This document shows positions 1 to 11,810 of a stretch of 64,000 nt of DNA, piece by piece; position 1 is the first letter of the stretch, and every line of letters begins with the position of its first letter. The stretch is taken from positions 29,388,001 to 29,452,000 of the forward strand of contig OY740794.1 in assembly GCA_963514005.1 (NCBI GenBank), written 5' to 3'. The notes under the pieces were generated by a model. The model was not told the origin of the DNA. It saw only the letters and a program-made list of their open reading frames with translations, and searched no databases. This DNA is from Raja brachyura. Lineage: Eukaryota. The position numbers and the translations under genes were made by a program.

Positions 1-210
1 AACTCTGCCTGTCTCGCCGGGTTAACATACAGCTGTTCCTGGACTTACGGAAATGACGGCCCAGGCTTACAGCCAGCGTGGAGAAGCAGCGCTAACTGCA
101 CAGCTCCGGGCTGGTGTCCCGTCAGTCCAGGCAGGGCTGGTAGGTTAACCCGGCGAGACAGGCAGAGTTGAGCTGGATTTAGCGCTGCTTCTCCGCGCTG
201 GCCGTGAGCT
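1..210. repeat. GC-rich interleaved inverted repeats, truncated by the window edge
   Basis: 1-26 is the exact reverse complement of 144-169. 65-95 is the reverse complement of 179-209 with 3 transitions. Confidence 0.8.
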
Positions 211-756
211 CTGATCCCGTGCTCTGGGGGCACTCGAGGGGGACGGGGATGGTCCAGTGGCGGTTTGGCAGCAATTGCGGCGCCAGAGACCCGGATGAGG
301 CCCAGGTCTGTGTTCATACCGTGGCACAGCTGACGAGAGTTTTTATCGCTTGCGGCCTTGACAAATCCCATGATTCCTTGCGTTTTTAAGAAAAACGAAC
401 TCACTTATTTAGTTCCCGAAAGCAGAGCTTCGTTATCGTGGAAAGCTTTTCAAAAAGGTACTTTTTGAAGGTTTTCAAAAGTAAACAGAATAAAGTGTGA
501 CTATGGATGGGGCAGAATACAAATGTTGTGGTAGATATCTGGAGCAGCATAACTGCAACAGAGCAGAGCATAACAGTCAGCTGGACAAGCCTTTCGTCCC
601 TCACTCCTTCTGTTCCAGTCAGTAACATCATGGCGATCTCTCACCTGGTTGCCACATTTCTGCACCAACACGTGCTCAAATCTCCTCATATACAAAGATG
701 AATTGGTCTTTGACTTGTTCATGAGGTGTTTATGCCGTCCCAGATAGCAATCCCAT

Positions 757-1090
757 TCATAGAAACATAGAAAATAGGTGCAGGAGGAGGCCATTCGGCC
801 CTTCGAGCCAGCATTGCCATTCATTGCGATCATGGCTGATCGTCCCCAATCAATAACCCGTGCCTGCCTTCTCCCCATATCGCTTGATTCCACTAGGCCC
901 ATGAGCTCTATCTAACTCTCTCTTAAATCCATCCAGTGATTTGGCCTCCACTGCCCTCTGTGGCAGGGAGTTTCACAAATTCACAACTCCCTGGGTGCAA
1001 AATAGCCTCACCTTTATTCTAAGACTGTGGCCCCTGGTTCTAGACTCGCCCAACATTGGGAAAATTTTTGCTGCATCTAGCTTGTCCAGT
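757..1090 (-). mobile_element. CR1-type LINE 3' end
   Basis: It has a (CATAGAAA)n-type tail and the GGCCATTCGGCCCTTCGAGCC 3'UTR motif. The same family recurs at about 5985-6150, 13887-13950 and 57640-57775. Confidence 0.75.
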
Positions 1091-1094
1091 CCTT

Positions 1095-1350
1095 GTTCCC
1101 AGTATATGTTCCCTGTAATCTATTCTCCCTACATTCCCGTCAATTACCTCCAGATTCTTCCACTTCCACACTGGAGCAATTTGCAGCTGCCAATTAAGCT
1201 ACTAACCCGCAGGTCTTTGGGATATGGGAGAAATTGGAAAACCCTGGGAAAATCAACATGGTCACTGGGAGAACGTGCAAACTCCACACAGATGGTAGTG
1301 GAGGTCAGGATCGAAACCGGCTCGTCTGTACTGTGAATCAGCAGCTCTCC
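1095..1350 (-). mobile_element. V-SINE (decayed)
   Basis: It contains the reverse complement of the V-domain core (GGAGTTTGCACGTTCTCCC) and of a B-box-like GGTTTCGATCC. Confidence 0.65.
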
Positions 1351-1639
1351 TAACACTCGGCAGTCACTGCACCCAACTACTGAAAGTTTCATAATCTCAT
1401 CAACCAATGCTTGAAACCATTTTCCTCATCTCTACCCCAAATGGTTAGTCCCTTATTCTGAAACCATAACCCTGTTCTAATCATATCAGCCAAGGGAAAC
1501 ATCATCTCCCTGGACCAAATCCCCACCCCAAGCTCACTGCTCCCCAGAACGGGACCCCGAATGCCGCTGGGTGCCACAGCTCTCCCCCTGCCTCTGACCA
1601 TGCCATGTCACACCACCTCATCTCCAACCAACTCACACA

Positions 1640-2215
1640 CCGCCACTGAACTCATCTTCTCATATCAAGACTCTATTTTGTCTCCGAACTTGTCCAGTCC
1701 CTTCATACCAGCATCTAGAGCATCTCGCATGTTCGCCACCATTTCAACAACTTCCAATTGCTTGGCCCCCTCCACTCATCTTCTCCATAGATGCCCAGTC
1801 CCAATGCACTTCCATTCCCCATCAGAAAGACCTTGGGGCTCGTTTTGTTTCTTTCTAGATCATGGATCATTGTATTTGTTTGAGATGAGTCTTCCACTCC
1901 AGGACCTTGGAACTGTCCTCCTCCTTCAGGAAATGGGCTTCCCCCCACACTGGGACCGGTGGTCCAGCTTCCCACAACTCAATTTCCGGCACATCTGTTC
2001 TCAACCTGCCTCCCCGCAAACAGAACAGGGATAGAGTGCCCCAGGTCCTCAGCTTTCAACCCACCAGCCTCTGCATCCAGCATATTATTCTTCAACATTT
2101 ACGCCAGCTACAACACAATCCCACTGCCAGTCACATCTTGCCATCCCCAAGTCTTTCTGCTTTCCGCAGGAGCCACTCCCTCCACGATTCCCTACTTCGC
2201 TCATCCCCACCTTTC
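1640..2215 (+). mobile_element. Penelope-like element, degenerate RT/endonuclease fragment
   Basis: Frameshifted peptides TELIFSYQDSILSP and QHIILQHLRQLQHNPTASHILPSPSLSAFRRSHSLHDSL are homologous to the minus-strand copies at 4.1-4.9 kb and 28.6-29.2 kb. Confidence 0.7.
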
Positions 2216-4101
2216 TTATTTGTTTCACCGCCCTATCTCATTGGTATGCATCATCTGGTTACTTCTATGAATCACGTCACATCTTCTGTTGTTAGTTCCA
2301 CTCCTCTTTGCCCAACTGACTACCAGCACGTGCCTTTATTTATACCATTAAACCCCTCTTATATATTTCAATAAGATCACCCTTCATTCTTCTAAAAACA
2401 GCTAATGGGCCAGCCTGCTTCATCTTTGCTCAGAAGAGCAAACCCGCCATCCCAAGAAGTGATCTGGTATAGCTTCACTGTACTCACCCCATTGTTGATA
2501 TACCCTACAATAGGTAGTGAGAGAGACCTACACAATATTGCAGTTGCAATTTCACTAAGGTTACATTTAATTAAAACAAGACTTCCTCATTCCTGTCCAC
2601 AAATCCTCTTACACTATACGGCAATGTACTGTTTTCCTAACTGGAAACATGAACTCCATCACTTTATGTCTTTTTCTTAAAAACTAGTATCTGCAGTTCC
2701 TTGTTTATCTTATTAATTTTTAATGTTTTGTGTGCAAAGATGCCTGGTTCCCTCTGAACACCGACACCGCTCAAATCTCTCCATGCTTATAACATACTTC
2801 ACCTTGTTAGTTTTACTACTCATGGATTGATAGCAATGGAAAGACAAAAATTATATTTAATTTCTCCAATGTCTTTTGTTAGCTTGGACCCATTAACAGC
2901 AACTAATAAATAAAGATAGCCAATTAACACCCACATTACGGAGGTTTTGCATTGCTAGAAATGTGCCTGTATCCCGTTTCAATAAGGTGAACCCTTTTTC
3001 CTAATTGAATCATATTATAACTAACGAGGTGCTTGTATGGGAAGTTATACACTCTCTCAACAGTAATGTCCCCATGGGTGTGCAATCTAAATGCAAGACA
3101 TTCCAATTGCCTTGTAGGCTGAAGAGAAAGTGAATGTTTAAATGCTGTGTAATTAACTAGAAATGAATGCTAAGTTATTTGGTAAGGTATTGTTGTACGA
3201 TTATCTATGAAAACGATAGCTTTGTCTGTTTCCAAAGCTATTCTAAGCGGCCTGCTGCGAACCATAATCTTTGCTGCAAACCTGCACCCTGAGATCGTTG
3301 TTTTTGATAAACTAGCTCGGTTCTCCGTAAACATTTAGAGATTATTAATTTTTCACACAAATCCTGAAAATCGTTTTTAATTCTCAAATTTTTGTTGGCT
3401 ATTTGTGAATGCTAGAAGGGTGAATTTCTGCGACATGAACTGCCATAATGTGAGAGTACACTGCGCTTTTGTAAACCACCATCTACAGCTCCCTGTGTCT
3501 GCTCTTTCAGTGATGCCGTTTTATGGAATATCACTGGCTAAGGGCAAGCATGACTCTTCACTTCTTTCCGATGGTGGCCTCGGAACTGAATGGGTAAACA
3601 CCAACTCGCAGCTTATCTATGGCAAGTGGCAAGTAACATTTGAACCACAGAAAAATACCAGCTCACTTAATAGAAAATCTAAACACCTACTCTAACACCT
3701 ACACATGCTAATCTAAACTACTTGGCTATTAAGACATTACCATCACTGATTCTCCCATCACAATACCCTCGGGATCACCAATGACCAGGCACTCAACTGG
3801 ACCTTCAAAAGCAATTCAGATGCTAGATTGTCTGCAGCAAGCACTGGAATATATTGCACTGGCCTGGCTGAGTATAGTTCCAGCGACACCAGAAATTTGA
3901 CACTATCCAAGACCACGTAGAACAACAGTACAGCACAGGAACTGGCCTCTGGTCCACAGTGCCTGTGCTGAACATGTTACAACCAACTCTTATCTCATAA
4001 AGCAACTGAGTTTAAATAAATATTGAGTCAACCTAAATATTAATTTCCTCCACCACCACCATACACTAGCTGTGTTCTGTGCGATTTATACAATTCATTT
4101 G

Positions 4102-4925
4102 GTAGACACAAAAAACTGGAGTAAATCTGCGAAACAGGCAGCATCTCCAGAGAGACGTTTTGGGCCGAGAACTTTCTTCGGGCTGATGTCAGGGGAATGG
4201 GCGGTACAGAGATAAACTGTAGTCGCAGACAGTAAGACTGGTAGGTGAACTGGGAAGGGGAAGGGGATTGAGAGAATGGGAAAGCAAGGGCTACTTCAAG
4301 TTAGAGAAGTCAATGTTCATACCGCTGGGGTGTAAGCTAACCAAGCAAAATATGATGCGCTGTTGCTCCAATTTGCGCTCGGTCTCGCTCTGACAATGGA
4401 AGAGGCCCAGGACAGAAATGGCAGATTGGAAATGGGAGGGGGAGTTAAAGTGCTGAGCAACCGGGAGATCAGGTAGGTTTAGGTGGACTGAGCGGAGGTG
4501 TTCAGCGAAATGATTGCCGAGACTGGTCTAGCCGATATACAGGAGTTGACACCTGGAACAGTGGATATAGTAGATGAGGTTGGAGGAGGTGCAAATGAAC
4601 GTCTGCCTCACCTGAAAAGACTGTTGGGGTCCTTGCACGGAGTCGAGCTAAAGGGACAGGTGTTGCATCTCCTGTGGTTGCAGGGGAACGTACCTGGGGA
4701 TGGGGTGGTTTGGGTGGGGAGGGCCGAGTTGACCAGGGAGTTGCGGAGGGAACGGTCTCTGCAGAAAGCTGAAAGGGGTGGAGATGGGAAGATGTGGCCA
4801 GTAGTGGGATCCCGTTGGAGGTGGCAAAAGTGTCAGATGATTATTTGCTGTATGCGACGGTTGATGGGGTGGAAGGTGAGGACAAGGGGGACTCTCTCCT
4901 TGTTATGAAAGGGGGGGAGGGGGAG
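4102..4925 (-). mobile_element. Penelope-like element 3' portion with pLTR
   Basis: It is clearly similar to 28281-29313, covering the GIY-YIG C-terminal region and a pLTR with a decayed hammerhead motif at about 4154-4181. Confidence 0.8.
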
Positions 4926-6922
4926 CAATATTGATTGTATTCCTGTACAATTCATTTGTTTGTTTCTTATCTAGACTTATTTATATCTTATCTATAACAG
5001 GCCTCAAACCTCCAACCATAGGAAGACATAGACAGAATGCCCATGAATTGGAAAACTAACATAATCCTAGTCACCGGGGAACTCCCTCACCCATCAGTCC
5101 TGGGGTGTAGCTTCATTAGAAGAACTGAAATGGTTCTAATAAGCAATTTATACAATGTTGGCCGGGAATGGCCATGAAATGAATGAAAAGAATGGCCATT
5201 AAATGCTGACTTTGCTGGCAAATTATAAAAACTGAATACAATAAAGGCCCTTGACATTATAAATTCTCTCTGATCAAAACCTTATGGATCCACATATCAT
5301 TAAAAATATGGCATTAGTCATAATCATACAGCATGGAAACTGGCCCCTCAGCCCAACCTTCCATACCACATCTACATTCGGCCCATTTGTCTGTGTTTGA
5401 GCCGTATCCCTCTAAACATCCCTATCGATGTACCTGTCCAAATGTATTTTAAATGTTGTTATTACTCTGCTTTTAATGCTATTATTTTGGCTACATTAAA
5501 AAATAACTAACATTGCTTAGAAATGACCACAAAAATTCCTTTATGTCTGTAGGGAAATAGCCGTGTGAAACTGTTGCAATGCAAACTCAATCCAGGAGGT
5601 GGTGTTATGGAGAGAGCTTCTGAATTCACCCAACTCCAACTTGCTCAGTTCCCTGTGGCTACAGACCGGTTTACCAGTTGCAAGTGCTGAGAAAGTGGGC
5701 GACTCAGCAACAACCCTGATTGCAGTCTCCTACTCAATGGCAGGAGCTACAAAGTAGTAGCAGCACATCAGACAGTTGCTGCTACTTTCATTCTCTGAAG
5801 AGCTTGCCCAGAGTTAGCTTTCCTAAGTGCCTGGAACTGCCTTATTAGTGGTCAGGACATGCTTGTGGGTCTTGACTGAGAGAGCTAATATGGGATTAGT
5901 TTGGTACAAGTTCGCGTTAAGCATACTCCGTTTCTCATTCAATTTCCACGTCCCAAGGGTCCTTACCCGAAACATCATCTGTCCATTAGGCTGGTTCTCT
6001 GGATGCTTTCAAGAGAGAGTTAGATAGAGCTCTTAGGGATAGCGAAGTTAAGGGATATGGAGAGAAGGCAGGAACGGAGTACTAATTGTGGATGATCAGC
6101 CATGATCACATTGAATGACGGTGCTGGCTCAAAGGGCCGAATGGCCTACTCCTTTGTCAATTGTCATTGTCATTCCTTCCACAGATGCTGCCTGACACGC
6201 TGGGTTCCTCCAGCACTTTGTGTTTACTGTGCAGCAGGCTTCACCTGCAATCAAATCCAAATTAGAGGAATGAGAGGAAATCTCATCAGAAGACACAACA
6301 TTGTGACACGATTCTTCCCCAGGCTGGGAGGAATGAAGAGCCAGGCATCGCGGTCTCTGAATGTGGAGAAGAACATTTAGCACTGACGAGGAGAAATTAT
6401 TCAGATGGTGGCGAATTTGTGGAATTCTCTGTCACACAAGGTTAATTAGCCATATTGCCTCACAGAAAAGGTTGAAGTTAACGTTGATTTGTTGTTTATG
6501 GTTAATAGACCCACTCAAAAAGCAACATTGATGTCCGTGGTATTAAACAATCAGCGGTTCCACTGAGAAGAAACTGGCTCTAAGACCAAAAGCAGAGTCG
6601 TTGCAAACAATTTTTAGACTGGCAGTGTTTACTAGTATTCCTGAGGGATCAATGCCAGGACCACTGCTTTCATTGCTCTATATCGGTAAGTTAAATAAAG
6701 CCGTGCAGGATACAACTCCCACATTAGTGGACAGAACAAAGCAGGACAGTGATACTGGTAGAATGGGCAGCAGATGAGGTGTTTGAAAGGGTGTGTCTAT
6801 ACTCAAGGACCATGTGTACAGAAATCCTAGAATGAGCAAGAAATGCAGAAAGACCCATTTGTAAACTATTTGAAATCCTGGGAGTCATACTTTCCTTGAA
6901 CTCAAAACCTATCTGTTCTTCA

Positions 6923-7100
6923 ACCCTCAGTACTACCCCTCCCACAGTGCCGCGTTCCCTCACTGCCCCTCCCAGCGTGGCACCCCTTCAGTATTGTCCC
7001 TCCTGCGGTGCAGCGCTCCCACAGTACTGCCCTTCTCACACTGCGGCACTCCCTCAGTACTGCCCTTAGCATAGTGCGATGCTCACCCCTGAACTGCCAC
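6923..7100. repeat. Degenerate ~32-bp minisatellite
   Basis: About 5 diverged copies of a CCCTCAGTACTGCCCCTCCCACAGTGCGGCACT-like unit. Confidence 0.7.
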
Positions 7101-8229
7101 GGTTGGGGGGGCTGTCAACAGCTCCCGGCAGAGCTTGACCGACTGAGTCTCCAAACACCTTCAACCCGCACATCAGTAAACCTTTAAATTCAGATGTATT
7201 GATCCACAGATGCTCCTAGGGAGGCTGCACGATTGAGAGTATGAAGGGGAGGAGAGTGATCTCAGATTATAATAATTCTCTGCTTCATGTTAACATGCCT
7301 GTTTGTTGTGTAATCAGCACTGCCGTAAACTTGGGAAAGAACGATTTATGTTGCTGAGGGAAATAAATGTCATATTTATACTGGGAGAAAAAAAGTGCAA
7401 TGCTCCCTCAGTCCCTACCATCCCTCAGTCCCAGGTAGCCACAATGACGGCATGGTGACAACTTATTCTGGGTATGTTTTGGTCAAATGCTTGGAGATGA
7501 AGAGGAATTATAGAACTGAAGGCTGTGAACTGGGCAATTAGTACGTGAAGGACAAAGAGTTAGGTTCATGTGTCCAGTCAGTTAGGAAAACATGACATGA
7601 GAACATAGCCTGTTAAAATATTAAATAATCCCTAAAGTGTAGGAAAGTAAGCACAGTCACATCTGATCCAATGGCAATACTTGTATTTCTGGTTCCTTGC
7701 TTATTTTGAATATTAGTGATTAGACTTAAACCATCCACAGTCAAGCAAGTCATACAACAGACATCTGGATTTAAAAGGCAAAGGTGAGACTTTTATTCTT
7801 CAGAACTTCTAAGCTTGGGAGTGTTTTCTAAAGTTTACAAGGCCAAGGTTGAAATGACAGCTGGAAACAAGGCAGGAACATCCAGTCCTGCAGCACACCC
7901 TGCAGCTGAAAATGATTTTGTGAGGGTGCTGGGAGGGAGTGCAGTTGCCAAGGCAGCATCAAAAAAATGGGTGCAGCTCAAAGCCAACAAAGCAGAAAAT
8001 GAGAATGTGGGAATGATGATCTGCTCCCTCTCGATGGTGGGGAAGAAACTGGTTGTCAGAGGCCAGATGCTGTTGCTGTACAGTACTGGTGCAACTCATT
8101 CCCCACTTCTCTGTTGAAGCAGTCACACACTTGGCTTGCAGATCCAAAATGAATCTCATCTGCAGAGATGCTCTGTACAAACCTCCTGAGAAGGGGTGAG
8201 AAAAATGTAGCCAGCATGGCCCCTACCCT

Positions 8230-8284
8230 TCTCCTTCGCTCCTTAGATGCTGCTGCACCCGCTGAGTTTCTCCAGCTTTTTGTG
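8230..8284 (+). mobile_element. 55-bp Penelope pLTR fragment with 13-bp TSD
   Basis: TGGCCCCTACCCT is duplicated at 8217-8229 and 8285-8297 around the AGATGCTGCTGCACCCGCTGAGTTTCTCCAGC motif. Confidence 0.8.
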
Positions 8285-8370
8285 TGGCCCCTACCCTAAT
8301 GACCCAGGAGTTCTCTGGAGGCCTACAGGAAAAGGAGAATGTGGATCTCGAGTCAGACATTCAAACATTA

Positions 8371-8648
8371 GGGGCACCACAGCTGCACAGCGGTAGAGTT
8401 GCTGATTTACAGCTCTGGGTTCGAAACAGACTACGGGTGCTGCGTGTACGGAGTTTGTACGTTCTCCCTGTGACCGCATGGGTTTTCTCTGTTGCTTCAA
8501 TTTCCTCCCACGTGCGGGTTGTAGGTTAATTGGCTTCTGTTAAATTGTCCCTCGTGTGTAGGATAGAACTAGTGTACGGGTGATCGCTGGTCGGCGTGGA
8601 CTCGGTGGGCTGAAGAGTCTGTTTCTATGCTGTATCTCTAAACTAAAC
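8371..8648 (+). mobile_element. V-SINE (HE1-like elasmobranch SINE)
   Basis: It has a tRNA-like head (GCGGTAGAG...GGGTTCGAAAC), the V-domain GGAGTTTGTACGTTCTCCCTGTGACCGCATGGG, a CR1-like tail ending (CTAAA)n and a possible TSD AAACATT. Confidence 0.85.
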
Positions 8649-8649
8649 A

Positions 8650-9340
8650 TTCCATGAGCACTCTGTGATCTCATGCAATGCCTTGTCACCAGAAGTTTCA
8701 AACAAGCACCAGGACCTAAGTTGGCTGATGGTGAAAAAGGCTCCTCTTGTAAGGCCCTTCATACGCAGCGTCATCACACACACTGTCCTCGAGACGGTTG
8801 TGCAGGGGATGAGACCATTATACATCTCCTTTGGGATTGTTCTTTTGTCTAGAGAGTCTGGAAAGGGTAGCGGTGGTGTTTATGGAACTCTGTCCTGAGC
8901 AGGACTCTGCCCCATGATACGTCATAGGGTTGCATCCCGAGACAAACAATGACTGCTGCTAGACGATCAGCAAGGCGATTGAGTTGCTTCTGGTTTCTCT
9001 GAAACATGTTATCTTCTGATGCCAGGAGCTGACCGCAACCAAATGTGGCAGACTGGCACATTTATGCGCTCTGCTCAGGAATGCTCTGAAGCAGGGTACA
9101 GGCCAGTTAGGGCTTCATAGAGAGTGGCCACAGGGAGAGGACCTTCCACCTTTATACAATGAGCATTTGGAACCGTGTAAAACCCTCTTGGACTTGTTGG
9201 TCATGGAATGTTTGTGAAGAAAAAGTTGATGTGTTGCTGATATGAACAAATAGAAAAAGATGTCTTACACTTAAAACAGTGACCTGGACACACCATAAAT
9301 ACTTGCAATTTTTTTTAAAATAAAGAATATTTTCCAAAAA
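8650..9340 (+). mobile_element. Tx1/L1-clade LINE ORF2 3' fragment
   Basis: SPEVSNKHQDLSWLMVKK is followed, after a frameshift, by CPRDGCAGDETIIHLLWDC (CCHC zinc-binding motif). An A-rich end with AATAAA lies near 9320-9340. Confidence 0.7.
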
Positions 9341-9499
9341 GAAACCTGTGGACACAGTTTTAAACCTATGTTTCGGTAGGAAAGACCCCAGAATGTTTGC
9401 AAAGATCAGTATCACACAGAAACGTCATTGGTGGCAATGATGGGTTTTCTTTGGAACATTTACTGGATTATCAATGATCCAATCTTCCAGTAAGCCACA

Positions 9500-9780
9500 T
9501 GACTATGGTGAGTAATTTTTCCTGTTTACTTCAAAGTTTCTCAGCCAGGGCAGGACAGGTTTGATCAGGTAGGTTTTTGGAATGGAGGTGGCTTCCCTCG
9601 CCCAGACTCACGCTGTGGGCGATAGACACAGGCAAGTTACAACACAAACGGACGCGTTGGTAGGCTCTCCGGCGCCTCTGGTCTTGCCTCTCTTGCATAG
9701 CTTGCAAGTAGTGTCATGTCCTGCAAAGTCTGAAATCTGTTTCATGTGTCAGGCAGATAGAGCCTTTCTTTCAAACTATA
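9500..9780. promoter_or_regulatory. Candidate intronic epithelial enhancer with a p63-type response element
   Basis: A non-repetitive block with TTGCAAGTAG-TGTCATGTCC (9702-9721, two CWWG cores 10 bp apart) and nearby AP-1-like, FOX, TCF, GRHL-like and TEAD motifs. Confidence 0.45.
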
Positions 9781-9847
9781 AAAAACACACGCACCTGCCT
9801 GGTGTCTGGAAAAAAACAAGACTGGCTCACAGAGGTAAGGGGAAAGG

Positions 9848-10025
9848 GCAAAAATGATCACTTTGACTGAAGCAGTACTTAAATATAGCTGAGAATCAGC
9901 AACCAAAGGGAAAGAGTTTTGAATAAATAATGCCATTATTTATTCAAAACTCTTGCCCTTCGGTTACGGTTTTTCAGCTATATTTAACATTTAAGTGCCG
10001 CTTCAGTCAAAGTGATCATTTTTGC
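9848..10025. repeat. 178-bp near-perfect inverted repeat (palindrome)
   Basis: GCAAAAATGATCACTTTGACTGAAGC...GAGTTTTGAATAAATAATG-C-CATTATTTATTCAAAACTC...GCTTCAGTCAAAGTGATCATTTTTGC, centred at 9933. Confidence 0.92.
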
Positions 10026-10659
10026 TTCAGGTAAAACAAGGGATATTAAATTGGGTGCAAGATACGTTTTCCACATAATTTAGGGCACAGTGAAGCCAAG
10101 GCCACACAGTACCCGGTACCTATCTCATGTCCATGGTGTTATAGTGTGGTTTCTGAAATTAGGACCCTGCACTGAATGTGTGAGCTGACAAACTGATGTG
10201 GGGAGTCAGGGGTCTTGACCCGGAACAATGTATGCCCATTTCCCTCCATAGATGCTGCCTGACCCGGTGAGCTCCTCCAGCAGTTTTTTTTTTTTGCTCA
10301 AGATTCCAGCATTCGTAGTCTCTTGTTTCTCCATTTCAGTGTAACCTCATAGGGTTTAAAGTACAATTGGAGGGAGAGCTCACAATCTGGAAAGAATGGT
10401 GGTGAGCGATACCCAAATAACATCCCTGGGCATTGTTGCTGATGCCTAAAAGTTGGAAGCCTCAGCCTGGAGGGACAAAAGGAAAATATTACAGGGGTGA
10501 AGGATCAGCAGGAAAATGGGATGTGAATAGGTAGTTCCTGCTTGCATGACAAACAAAGATTCTATCTGTTAATTACATTTCTCGAAGCAAGTAGTCCTGT
10601 CTTTTAATGGGAGCGCCAGGTTTCAGAAGATTTACGGGACACAATCCAATGGAGTGTTT

Positions 10660-11090
10660 CTCTGCTCGGGTACAGCCCCCTCTTCCATCTCAAGCATCTA
10701 CATGAAGCGCTGCCTCAAGAAGGCAGCATTTATCATCAAGGATCCTCACTGTCTGGGTCATGCTCTCTTTTCGCTGCTACCATCAGGTGCAGAAGTCCGA
10801 AGTCCCACACCACCAGGTTCAGGAACAGCTACTTTCCGACAACCATCAGGTTCTTGAACCCAGCCTGCACAGCCCTAACCCAAGGGAACACTACAGACCA
10901 CCTCTTGCACTATCTAGACTTGTTTTCTAATTACATTTATCATTACTGATTTGTTTTTGCATCTTTTTATCTTCACTGTCTTGTATAAGTTATGGATAAT
11001 TTATGTTTTGTGTGTAAAACTGTTGGAAACAAGATTTTCATTGCACATGTACTTTACTGTACGTGCACAATGTGATAAATACTTGAATCT
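10660..11090 (+). mobile_element. Rex1/Babar-type LINE 3' fragment
   Basis: Peptide IYMKRCLKKAAFIIKDPHCLGHALFSLLPSG matches the C-terminal region of the long copy at 61.6-63.4 kb. Confidence 0.7.
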
Positions 11091-11094
11091 AACA

Positions 11095-11810
11095 CTTGCT
11101 CTGGCATCATGTTCCATCAACTCACCACCCTGTGTGAAAAGTGTACCCCAGAGGTCGCCTTCAAATAATTTTCCTTGCACTTTAAATCTACGTCAACAAG
11201 TTTTAGACTCTCCTACGCTGGGGAAAAGACGGGCACAATCCACCTTATCTATGCCCCTCACTTCGATAACATCACACCACAGTCTCCAATGCTCCAGGTT
11301 AAAAAAAAAATCTCAGCCTAGCAAGCTGCTCCTCATAATTCAAACCCTCTGGACCCGGGCTTCTTCGTAAATCTTCTTTACACCCTTTCTAGTTTAATGA
11401 CATCCTACCTATAGGGCAACCATAAATGTACACAATACCCCAAAACTGGCCTTACCAATGTTTTACACTGCGATAATATGATGTTCCAACTGCTGTATTC
11501 AATACCTTGATCAATGAAAGCAAGTGCGCCAAACGCCTGCATCACCACCCTGTCCACCTGTGTCAACACCTTCTATGTACCTGAACTCATAGGCCTTCCT
11601 GTTGTACAACATTACCCAGGGTCCTACTATTTACTGTGCAAGTCCTCCCTGGTTTGTCATACCAAAGTGCACCATCTTGCATTTATTTGAACTAAACTCC
11701 ATCTGCCATTCTCAGTTCATTGGCCTAGTTGATCAGATCCTTTTATAACCAGAGATAACCTTGTGTACTACCACTATAGCAATATTTTTCTTTTCATTCG
11801 CAAACTTACT
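11095..11810 (-). mobile_element. CR1-type LINE fragment
   Basis: It is collinear and similar to the CR1 copy at 31325-32645. Confidence 0.65.

Noticed and set aside
500-640. Possible TP63 exon 5 (TGCCCCATCCA resembles the C-P-I-Q codons)
   Set aside because: The surrounding translation has no KKLYCQIAKT or IRAMPVYKK match. Exon 5 was not found in the window.
8371-8440. tRNA gene (also 52200-52272)
   Set aside because: The A/B-box-like sequence is the head of a V-SINE and runs into the V-domain. There is no complete cloverleaf.
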